64,000 nt of DNA from Macrostomum lignano (Eukaryota), in contig NIVC01002600.1 of the NCBI GenBank assembly GCA_002269645.1, positions 62,001 through 126,000 of the forward strand. The letters run 5' to 3'. Within the stretch, counting starts at the first letter, position 1. Each line of letters opens with the position of its first letter. Shown one piece after another: positions 25,141 to 35,468 of this stretch. The position numbers and the translations under genes are program-made. The notes under the pieces were generated by a model that ran no database searches, was not told the DNA's origin, and worked only from the letters and a program-made list of their open reading frames with translations.

Positions 25141-25714
25141 ATTCCCGGATTAGTTAAAGGACAATGCGACATTGATGCAATTCTAGGAATTAAACACACC
25201 TCCCGAATTAGGAAAAGAATAGAAATTATCAAAGCCAAAACAAATTTAACATCAGATAGAATAGGTGTACACCAACATAGAAAAACTTTTGATTTTTAAC
25301 AGAGCGCACAGTATAGCACAGGAAAATTGAAAACAAGAGAATGAGATAAGTTTGCTGATAAGAGCATACGAGGATACTGAAATAATAAATAGTATTTTTC
25401 TGTAGACTCACAAATACACTTGGCTCTATACCAATTACACTTGTATATGAAATTTTAACAAAAGCACGGAACAGTAAAACAGATAAATCACATGGTTCTC
25501 AAAGAAAATGACAAACTCATCTAGACGAACCTGTTAAAGTAGGGACAGCATAGTAACTAGACCTTAACAAGAATAATGTTTGGCATTCAGACAGAATTAA
25601 TAAAAGTAACTGCGGTTTCCATTATGGTTACTTGGATTCATACCACTATCGTCATAGGCGGACTACGATTTTAATCATAATCAAACGGACACATACTACT
25701 ACTTCTGTCATTGT

Positions 25715-25927
25715 CATAAGGAGCCATGGACTACTGTTGCCACTATGGTCATAAGGAGCCATGGACTACTGTTGACACTATGGTCATAAGGAGCCATGGA
25801 CTACTGTTGACACTATGGTCATAAGGAGCCATGGACTACTGTTGACACTATGGTCATAAGGAGCCATGGACTACTGTTGCCACTATGGTCATAAGAAGCC
25901 ATGGACTACTGTTGCCACTATGGTCAT
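25715..25927. repeat. 35-bp tandem array
   Basis: GTCATAAGGAGCCATGGACTACTGTTG(C/A)CACTATG x ~6. Confidence 0.9.
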
Positions 25928-27589
25928 GCATGCAAAAATGATAGACTAGCATTTTATCCCAGCCATATGCAAATTTACTTTGATAAGTCTTGTTAGACAA
26001 GAGTATAAGAAACGCAATATATAGACTAAAAACAAGTCTAACAACAGGCCGCAATTCCCCATAGAAAAATTGCACAGCCAATAAAAAGTCAAACAGAAGA
26101 GAAAAAGTTGACAATAGAAAGAGATTGCGACACTAATAAGCATCAGAGGTTGCACGTAGATACATTAGCAATTATTGTATAATAATGAATACTGATCATT
26201 GAAAAGCCCAACCCGATATTGCAAGTCCATACCGAATCTGATTGCCCTTACCATTGACTGACAATGGTACCTTGCACCACATTGTTATTATAATATATTC
26301 CACGCTTTACCAGTACGCAAAAAGTCTAATACAGGCAGTTAAACAGTGACAGAAAAGGTGAAAACAAATTAGAAAATGCACAATAGGCCTACAGCACAGT
26401 TATACTAGATCGGACAGACGTTTAACTTAGCAAGACAGCGGCATTTACCTTATTGGTACTCGTACGCAATAGCGACTTGTATAAGTGAACAAATTGGCTA
26501 CCAAGAAATGATTATAGATATTGTACTTTTATTGAAGTCCTAACAGAAAAGAATCGAACAAAAACTACACTGAGACGCGTTCAACAACAGAAAATGCAAT
26601 ATAGAAAAGAAAAAAGTGTTCATTAAGCACTAACAGAGTAGTGCTGAGATATAGCGCCAAATGGCCAAAAGAAATTCCGGGTAATGTGCTATTTTGACTA
26701 CTATACAAGCGCGGCACAAGTAGCGAGAAAGGAAAAATACAGTTATAAATTGATATAATTCGATAAATTCGAATAAACACACAAAAATTCAATTTGAAAT
26801 ACTCGACTCGAATGAAAAAATGAGACTTAGACAAAAATGACAAGATTTGCTAAGAAAAAAACAAATAGTATACATAAGTCCAAGTATAATAAACAATACT
26901 AAATAATAATGACGTTGCGTTACAATAGGATAACAGTTATACGAAGTTATTAATTGACACACAGTGGACCTGAACGACAAAAGTAAAATACTCGCGCAAA
27001 CAAACAGAGAAATGTTTTATTTAAAAACTTTCATTTTATAGTAAAAAATAATAAACTTGTTATAATTCCCATAAGGAGAAAATAGGCCGTTTAGTGTCAC
27101 AGCTAGTGTCTATCAGAACACATAAATTTTCATTTTGACACCCTGTTAGGAAACGTGGATGCTATTTAATTTAAGTTCCCTATTTTTTAATTCATATTTC
27201 ATTCGCAGTATCAAAAATTTTATAACTGTTAAAGATTTTTAGGATTTCAAGTCTTGTATCAATTATCAAATTCGAGTAATCTGTAAGTATGGGAGTCTGC
27301 AGACTTCTGCAATTTCTGTGGGTTAGAGGGGCTCAGCAGTGTAAAGGGTAGGGCAGGGTAGGGATGTCGACATTTTAATCGATTTTAAACTTTTTGGCTT
27401 GATACCAGACGGCTTCTAAATATCAAATATACTAAAAATGAAAACTTCATATACTAAAAATGAGTTGTTTGTGGGTATGCGATAGATTTAAGAAAAAATG
27501 GCTTAATTTGAACTAAAATTACTAAATGGCAGCGATTCTGACGCTTAGCTTAAAGAAACCCAGAATTAAATAACTTATGAAACGGTTAG

Positions 27590-27890
27590 GCAGGCCAAAT
27601 TTAGCTCAGCCAATGAGAGAGCAGTAAGGAGAGGAGGTCGAAGTTAGAGGGACGAAACTTAGCCTAGGGGGCAGTCCCAGCCAATGAAAGAGCAGTAAGG
27701 AGAAGAGGTCGAAGTTAGACGGACGAAACTCAGCCTAGGGGGCTGGCCCAGCCAATGAGAGAGCAGTAAGGAGGTCGAAGTTAAGACGGACGAAACTCAG
27801 CCTAGGGGGCAGGCCCAATCTAGCCCAGCCAATGAGAGAGCAGTAAGGAGAAGAGGTAAAATTCAAACACAAGCGGGCAAGAAGAAGCTC
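27590..27890 (+). repeat. ~70-bp unit x3-4 with AGCCAATGA (CCAAT) boxes; reverse copy at 43660-43865
   Basis: AGCCAATGAGAGAGCAGTAAGGAGA..GAGGTCGAAGTT..GACGAAACTCAGCCTAGG repeats. The reverse complement occurs at 43690-43860, including ACACAAGCGGGCAAGA. Confidence 0.75.
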
Positions 27891-28211
27891 AACTGTTCAT
27901 CGGCTCTGCTGGGGGCTGGGGCGCCACCTCTTTTCTCCGTCTTGAGTCGGTAAAACAGAATGAAGATGCTAATTTAATGAGCTAGCTTGTAGAAAGCCAG
28001 AGGAGATTTTTTCAGCTTCAAAAACTCTAGTCAAAAAGATTACATTAGATGGGTACATTTTCGCAATTGGCACATCTGGCTATACTAGTATATGTGAATT
28101 AGACAAATAAATGACAATTAGAATATATTGAATAGCTTTAGTTATACAGATTGAGCCATAGTTACCTAATTAAGTATTTGTATGGCTATTATTCCCCACT
28201 TGTACTACGGC

Positions 28212-28613
28212 CAGGGGTCAGCAAACTTTACCTCAAGGGCCAAATAGAAAATCCAGCTAATGGCTGCGGGCCAGGTGAGGATTGGAAAGGAGAGGGAATA
28301 GATGAGAGATGAGAGAAGAGGCGAGAGATAGGGGAGGGAAAAGATGGAAGATGAGAGACGAAGGGGAGAGATGAGAGAGGGAGAGCAGACGAGAGGGGAG
28401 AGAGGAGAGCGGAGAGAGGATAAAGGAAGAGAAGAGGAGAGGGGAGAGGAGAAAAGGGAGATGGGAGAGAGGCGAAAGAGCTGAGAAGAGACACAAACCT
28501 TGAGCCGGCCGGATTGCTATCATGAAGTTTCAAAGGACCCCACGACTGGATAGAGACTCGGAGAGGCTTCGAGGGCCGCATTTAGCCTGCAGGCCAGAGT
28601 TTGCAGACCCGTG
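28212..28613. mobile_element. hAT/Charlie-like MITE with a GA-rich interior
   Basis: Imperfect TIRs CAGGGGTCAGCAAACT / AGTTTGCAGACCCGTG (14/16) and internal GGGCCA/GGGCCGCA motifs typical of hAT MITEs. No clean TSD. Confidence 0.65.
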
Positions 28614-28655
28614 CACTACGCATATCGTAAAAAATTACAATAGTGTATAATGTCG

Positions 28656-28686
<31 letters not shown>

Positions 28687-29040
28687 TTTCACTTGCCCTG
28701 ACGAAGAATTTACCTAATCTCTCCCTCTCTCGTTTAAATGCTAAGACCTGGCCACGAATCATTAACTTAACAATGACGAAAATTTGTTGTCAATGATTTT
28801 CAGTTCTCTGTGCAAAGCTTGCTTCTGCTCATTTACAAAACATATAGCACCTGTACCCAAAACAGATGCTTAATGTCAGTATGCCGCGCAGCTGGAGACC
28901 AGAGCGTGAGAGTGCCTAACAGAAGTCAATTACTCGTAAAATGGTGAGCTTTTTTGGGACTCCCATAGATAGATGCCTAATCATTTCTATAGAAAATGGC
29001 ATCGCTGATTATTTGATAATTAACTCGCTCGCTAGCAGTC

Positions 29041-30228
29041 TCACAGACCAAACGCTCCGATACCGTTCAGCAATTCAGAATTTCGAAACTCCGATCCGAA
29101 TGCCGCATTATTGTCCTCGCTTCCGCCAATTTTAGCGCCCTGGGCGCCACCTGCTGTGCAATTAGTCGGATAATTAACAACGCAGCGACCATCGTAATCG
29201 TCAACTTCTTCTGACGATGGCGACGGTTCGATAGAAATTGCTGCTGTTGCTGCTGCTGCCGTGAAAGAGCTCTTAGCGAGTTTAATTCGCTTTATATTGC
29301 CACTAGACGATGCGACTGAGGAGGCGGCGGTTGGAGGCCTTCGGGCATAGAATCGAGCCTTTTCCTCGTCGGTGAAACCAACACCGCGTTTGCGACAGTT
29401 GCGAAATTTTTGACTCAGCCGATTCTTCCAAAGCGACAAGGCGTCCTCTGGTGGCAGGCCTTCGTCCAGTTGAGGATAAAGCGACAGAAGAGCTTCGGCC
29501 ACCTCGGCGTACTGACTGGTCTTTGGATAGAAGGTGTACTGGCGAATCTGCTGGAACAGAATATCCAACAGGCGGGTCAATTCGTCCCGGCTGAGCGCCC
29601 CGCCTCCGCCGGCGTTGAACACGGCGGCCGATAATGACGGGTCGAACCGGTCAACGGGAATGACGAATGGAGATGGCCAGTTGCTAGGCTGGTCGGCCGA
29701 GGCCGGTGCTGAACAGTCAACGGACGGCGTTGGCGATTGAGTCGGCGTTGGCGTTGACACCGTCACCTGATGCGGCGGCTGCTGCGGAGGCGGTGGCGGC
29801 GGCGGCAGCAGAGACAATGGCAATGAAAGCGACACTGACAATGGCGGAGGCGGCGAAGCCTGCTGCTGCTGCTGCGGCAGACAGGAAGATAAAGCAGTAT
29901 CGCTAGGCAACGAGTCATCGCATTCTATTAAAGCCTCATTACTGTTATGATTGTTGGTGCTAACAACAAATGAGGTAGCGGCAGAAGCAGCAGAAGTTGA
30001 CGGCGGAGGTGTCAGTGGTATAGCCAATAACCGTGTATTAGCCTGCAGCTCATTATCATCAGCTATTGGAAATTCGACATCAAGCCAGTCAGCGTAGGCG
30101 TCATGCCAGCGCTGCAACAGCAGCGGCTGGCGAACATTGAAACGACTGCAGATGGCCGATTCTAAGCTGTTAAGACAGTTGACAGATACCAGCTTTTTGT
30201 GCCTGCCGCAAGTAACATGAAACTCCAT
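29041..30228 (-). CDS. Uncharacterised intronless 395-aa protein; N-terminal PB1/ubiquitin-like domain, Pro/Gln/Ser linker, SAMD3-like helical domain
   Basis: Long GC-rich ORF between AT-rich flanks. The motif WPSPFVIP...LLDILFQQIRQYTFYPKTSQYAEVAEALLSLYPQL...LWKNRLSQKFRNCRKR resembles the YPxxxQYxxVAxALxxxxPxL...WKxxLxxKFxNxR signature of SAMD3-like proteins (recalled from memory, not searched). Confidence 0.7.
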   Translation of the reverse strand: MEFHVTCGRHKKLVSVNCLNSLESAICSRFNVRQPLLLQRWHDAYADWLDVEFPIADDNELQANTRLLAIPLTPPPSTSAASAATSFVVSTNNHNSNEALIECDDSLPSDTALSSCLPQQQQQASPPPPLSVSLSLPLSLLPPPPPPPQQPPHQVTVSTPTPTQSPTPSVDCSAPASADQPSNWPSPFVIPVDRFDPSLSAAVFNAGGGGALSRDELTRLLDILFQQIRQYTFYPKTSQYAEVAEALLSLYPQLDEGLPPEDALSLWKNRLSQKFRNCRKRGVGFTDEEKARFYARRPPTAASSVASSSGNIKRIKLAKSSFTAAAATAAISIEPSPSSEEVDDYDGRCVVNYPTNCTAGGAQGAKIGGSEDNNAAFGSEFRNSELLNGIGAFGL

Positions 30229-30825
30229 GTGTCGTTGGGAGGCAACTTTTATGGCACTGATTGGATAAAAAACTTTGTATTAATTTAAACAATTGTTTTT
30301 TTTCAATTGGTTTTTTCTTTAAAACCAATTTTTTCAACACCTTGTCAAAAGAATTAAGATGACAGCTGCAATGGAATGGCAGGTGTATTCAAGCGATTGT
30401 TGCTTGAATTTTGTCCCACAATGTTGAAAAATGAGTTCTCTAATAGTTCATAGCCACTGATAAAGATCATAAGCTTGCTTTATTTGAATAGATTAACATT
30501 TCATAATTTGGTTAGCCTAGGTGTATTTAATATGATGGGTCCACACTTATATAATATCTAGCTTTATGGCTAAAAAAACCTAAATGTTAATCAGGGCTTA
30601 ATACAAATATTTAACTAGTTAGGCTATCTCATTGTATATTAACCAATGATAGTTGGAAATGAATATTGCATATATTATTTACTTCATGTGCATTTACACA
30701 TGACTTCATATGCATTTACTGCATGTCAATTTAATTTTAGCATTATTAATTCTTATAATATGCATAAAAGAAACAACATTTCTTTTTCTTAATCAGATTT
30801 ACAAAGTATTATACCTTTATAATGG

Positions 30826-31110
30826 GGGGGCCATAGCCCAGCGGTAGCACAGCTGCTCTGGTATGCCAGCAACCCAGGCTCGATTCCAAGTGCAGTCACA
30901 TTAATTTGGGGCTGAATTGGAATCTCGGCTTGGCTCTGCTTGTGCAATTAATGGCCTTGAGAGCCAACCCCCCCAAGGCACAGTGAAGTGTACATGCCTA
31001 ACGATAAAATAAAGTTAGGGCCGCTGTACACTCCTGTGTGAGTATGTGCCTGCATATGTATCCACGCGCTTGTATGCCTGCTCAGGGGAGTTGGCGGAGT
31101 GGGCAGTTGT
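30826..31110 (+). mobile_element. tRNA-headed SINE family A
   Basis: A-box TAGCCCAGCGG and B-box GGCTCGATTCC, followed by the core GGCACAG..TGTACATGCCT..GATAA..AAAGT..GGCCGCTGTACAC shared with other copies in the window. Confidence 0.75.
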
Positions 31111-31997
31111 GCCTCTCACCAGTTGTGTGCCTTGTGCCGGTTGTGTGTTGCTTAAAGTGTGCCAGGGTGCACACAACCCCCCTGCCTCCTAATCAATAAT
31201 ATTTTATTCTTTTTCATTTCTTATAAATAATATTTAGTAATCCTAGGCTTAATTATTATACATTTGTCCTATTTCATTAAAACCTATCTAGGCAATATTA
31301 TAGTTGTACTATATAGAAAATTAGCAATAACTATCTAAATTTAAATTAACTATGAAATTTTGGAATCAATTATAACTTAACTTTAACTTTAGTTATAACT
31401 TTAACTTATTCATTTGCCAACAAACAAAAAAATTAAAAATCACTAGGGGCCTATGTATTAACTAAAAAGTAAAGTCACATAGTAAAGATCAAATAAAACA
31501 TATTGAAACAAAAAACAACTATTTAAAATTTTAATATTAAGCTTCTTATGTATGCCATGGTTAATATGGCAATATAATACTATAGACAATATAATAATAG
31601 TATAATTGGTAATTATATGCAAACCTAATTTAGACAAAAAATTTCTATACCTAGCCTATTTTAAGGCTTAAGATAGGCCTATTTGGCTTCTAGTGGTGCA
31701 ATCAAGGGGAGGGGTGGCAGTTGCCCCTTTTAGGCAAAGACCAAAAAAGAATCAAAGGGGAGAGCAAGCAAATTTTTGCCAAAACAGAGCCACTTCTCCA
31801 CCTCCTTTCCCGGGTCTTTATCCTCTAGAATCTGCCCTCCTCCTTATGTATGTAATGTTTTCTACATGTATATAACATTTTTATTCTAATCTAAGATATG
31901 TCAATCCTAAATTCCTTATGTAAGTTACTGTGATAAAGAAATTTTATCTTTTAGTTAAATTTTTTTTAGCTATTTATTATATAATACAAATATAATA

Positions 31998-32720
31998 TAT
32001 GTATAGGGCCCCTCCCAATTCTTTTACAAAATTGATAATTGTATAACTTATTTTGAATGTGTGCCAAATCTAGGAAAACATTTGTTATAAAACACATTTT
32101 TCATAATATTTTATACAAGCTAATTTTTGTTTAAACTAGCAGTAAATTTTAGTATAAATAGAAGCATTTTTGGCAGAGGAGAGACCTACCTTGCATATTG
32201 TGGTTCCTTAAAAAAAGAAGGCCAGTATCAAATAGTAAGAGTACCAAGTAAATGTTATTGAAGATTGTTTTCTGAGTTAATTATTTGCAAAGTAAAGTGA
32301 AATAGACCAAAGCATATATGGTATATACTACTACTGAGAGGCAGAAGTGTTAAGTAGTAGGAGAATACAAAGTAGATCCTAAATTGATACAAGCAAGAAT
32401 AACTGGAGGCTGTGACCCTCTGATCTTGGTAATATCTAGGACTGAAAGTACATGCAATACATCTACCAGTAAGCTAATACACTGCTCAGGCCATAATAAC
32501 AGTAGAACACAGCTTGTATACCAAGAATAATACTAAGAATAATACTCAGACAACTACTTAGATGTATACTCAGACTAATTCTAAGAAACATTTTTAGAGT
32601 TATTCTAAAAATAATAAACTCATAATTTATTAATAGAATAGTCTTGGTGGCAGCTACCAACAATTATAAAGACAGAAGTTAAGCCATGTTACAACTTTAG
32701 TGACCTCAGTAGGATTTTTA
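31998..32720 (-). repeat. Dispersed ~0.75 kb repeat, copy A (inverted relative to copy B at 50290-51100)
   Basis: Shared blocks such as AGATCAGAGGGTCACAGCCTCC, CTATTAATAAATTATGAGTTTAT, GTTGGTAGCTGCCAC and AATTTTTGTTTAAA in reverse orientation. Confidence 0.8.
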
Positions 32721-33439
32721 ATAGAGAGAAGCTTTAGCCCATTACAACTTGTTGGCATTAGTAGAATAGCTAAAAGAGGGAAGCAAACCCCTACAACATG
32801 TATATTACTTATAAATTGGACTTGTTTTAGTTATTTATATTTGTTGCTGCATATAAACTATATAAATATAAAGCTTTTAAGCAATTAGGTCCTAATCATT
32901 AAGATTATTTTTACTTTTAACAATATTTGAAAATCAAAGAACCAAAAAATGGTAATTCCATTGCAATTTTCATGCATTTGCTATACTAAAAATACAAAGG
33001 AGAATACAATATAGTTGTAACTATTTTATTATTTAACAAATTCTGCATAGATAAACACTTGCAAAATTTAATATCAATAAACATAATAACAGGGCCTAGT
33101 ATAGCTTAAAAAATCTGTATAAATGCTAAGCCTAAATTGTTAATTTATTAGCTTATTTGCCTTGTATTATATCTTGTTGCTAGATTGACTATTGCTAAAT
33201 TGATTGTCACTGGATCATACATGCCCAACACCTGTCCAACCCATCCGAACTGGATAGGTAAAATGGCTGCTGGCCAAGGTAAGTCGCAAAATCGAAAACA
33301 CAAAACAAAAAAATTGGGGAAAAAAGAGAGGAAAAGGAAAATAGAGGAGGGAGAAGAGAGAGGAAAGAGGAGAGAGAAAGAGAAAGGAAAGAAAAGAGAA
33401 AAAGGCAAGAAAAGTCATGTACAAAATGAAAATTAAATT

Positions 33440-33710
33440 GCAATTGGGGGAACTAAGTTGCAGTCAAGAAGAAATAAGTTGCAATTGGGAGGAACTAAGT
33501 TGTAATTAGGAGGAACTAAGTTGCAATCAAGAGGAACTAGCTTGTAAGTTGCAATCAGGAATAACTAAGTCACAATTGGGAGGAACTAAGTCGCAATTGG
33601 AAGGAACTAAGTTGCAATCGGGAAGAACTAAGTTGCAATCAGGAGGAACTAAGTTGCAATTGGGAGGAACTAAGTTGCAATCAGGAAGAACTAAGTTGCA
33701 ATTGGGAGAT
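33440..33710. repeat. 21-bp tandem array
   Basis: GGAGGAACTAAGTTGCAAT(C/T) units. Confidence 0.88.
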
Positions 33711-33929
33711 TTTTTGGCTGTCATCTAGGCATTGTATATATGGCAAATTTTAGAAGACATGATACATAGAAGGCTCTAATTTGTGTGCAGCACAATGGTA
33801 TTGGAAGAAATTGTTTCTTGCCCATGGTTTTAGCAAACTTGTAAGTCCAACTCAATTTCTTGTCATCACACATGCTTCAACTGTTGTAACACCCTGTAAA
33901 TAGCATCATTTTCACTCTTGCATGCGCAG

Positions 33930-35010
33930 TTACATCTTTTCAAAGTACTCTCCAGCAGATTCAATGCAAATTTTCATGCATTCAAACCATTTGCTGAAGC
34001 AGCTGGACCAATTATAAGCAGGCACCTTCTCCACATGCCAGATGAAAGCCTCCATTGCAGCTTCTGGCGATCCATAGCAGATCCTATGCATCTTGCACTT
34101 GATTTGTAGAAACACAAAAAAGTTGCAAGGGGGCAGGTCAGGGCTGTAGGGTAGATGACCAAGCTCTTGAATTCACTCTCTGGTCAGGAACTCCGCCACC
34201 TGTCGAGCCATGTGGGCTGGGGCATTGTTATGATGGAGAAGGATGCCCTAAGCTTGAGTCCTTGGGCGATGCCTAGAGAGAGCACTTAGCACTTCTGGCA
34301 GGCAAACCTTGGCATACCAGTTACCAGTGACTTTGCGCTGCTGCATGAGTGGAACTATGGCTAGATAACCAGTTTTTGCCACAAAAAATAGCATCTGCTT
34401 TGCCATGTTGTGCTTTTGCTGAAGCTTGGATGGTAGGATGCCACCAACTGGAGTCCACTGGGCCAACTGCTGCTTAGTCTATAGGTCGAAACTATAGATC
34501 CAGAACTCGTCACCACTGACAATATCCCAGACTGAGTTTGAGCTATCTTCATTGAATCTGTCAAGCATGGTGCGGCACCAGGTCACCTGAGCCTCTTTCT
34601 ACTTTGGAGTCAGCTTATGAGGCACCTAGCGTGCAGAAATCTTGCTTAGATTTATTATTTATCCTTTTACCCTTAGCTGTGAATGCAGGATTATCCTAAT
34701 AGATCCTGATAAGATGCCCACCTCTGCCTCTATCTAGACCATAGTCACTTGGACATTATCTTCAACCATGGCCCAGACAGCAGCAACATTATCCTTGGTT
34801 GTTGCAGAGACAGGCCAGCCGCTGCGCTCTTCATCATCTAGACTCTGTTTGCTGCATCGAAATTTAGCAAACTAGTCAAAAATGATAGATCTAGATGGTG
34901 CTTCATCTCCAAAAGCTTCTTGCAATCACTTAAGACTTTCTTGCTACCATAAACCACTTTTAAAATTGTAATAAATCATTGCTCTAAATTGACTCCTTTT
35001 GAGCTCCTTT
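33930..35010 (-). pseudogene. Degenerate mariner-family (DD34D) transposase
   Basis: Manual translation gives FRAMIYYNFKSGL, GDEAPSR, (W>stop)VPHKLTP, DIVSGDEFWIY, GNWYAKVCLPEVL, LLHHNNAPAH, HLPYSPDLPPCNFF and GEYFEKM*, with several in-frame stops. TIRs were not identified. Confidence 0.9.
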
Positions 35011-35171
35011 GTGAATTTGATAGATAGGGTAGGTAGGCCTATGTTAGCTTGGTTTGGGTGTTGCACTGGCTATATATGACTAGTGTGTCTGAAACTTTAC
35101 AAACAATATACTTATATAATGCGCTTGACACTTATGGTGTCAGATTTTGTCAGCTGCCTCTCAACTAGGCC

Positions 35172-35468
35172 CATACATGCGCAACGTCCAAAATTCGGTC
35201 GGCCGTGCGACTTAGTTTTAACAAAAATGCGACGTAGTTTTTGGCCAAAAATGCGACTTACATGTAAAAAAACCCTAAAGCAAAATTAACGCAACTTTGG
35301 GTAAACGGCGGGAGTAACTATGACTGTCTTATCAGGCAAAAATGCCTCGTCAGCTACTTAGTACTACTGCGTGGGTATTTTTTGGGTGGGCATTTTTGCG
35401 ACTTCCTTGGTTGGCTGCCAAATCAGTCGGCCGGATCGGCCGACTCGGCCGACTGTTGCGCATGTATG
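35172..35468. mobile_element. 297-bp non-autonomous DNA transposon (MITE), 14-bp TIR and 8-bp TSD (hAT- or P-like), carrying a 28S rDNA fragment
   Basis: TIR CATACATGCGCAAC (35172-35185) / GTTGCGCATGTATG (35455-35468); identical flanking 8-mer ACTAGGCC (35164-35171 and 35469-35476); subterminal TCGGCC repeats. Confidence 0.88.
35299..35362 (+). other. 28S rRNA-derived fragment (H69-H71 region), non-functional
   Basis: GGGTAAACGGCGGGAGTAACTATGACTgTCTTAtcaggcaaAAATGCCTCGTCAgCTAcTTAGT versus the universal 28S GGGTAAACGGCGGGAGTAACTATGACTCTCTTAAGGTAGCCAAATGCCTCGTCATCTAATTAGT: 53/64 ungapped identity, first 27 nt perfect. Confidence 0.9.

Noticed and set aside
35299-35362. 28S rRNA gene
   Set aside because: Only 64 nt, with the H69 stem and cleavage-site region mutated; there is no flanking rDNA.
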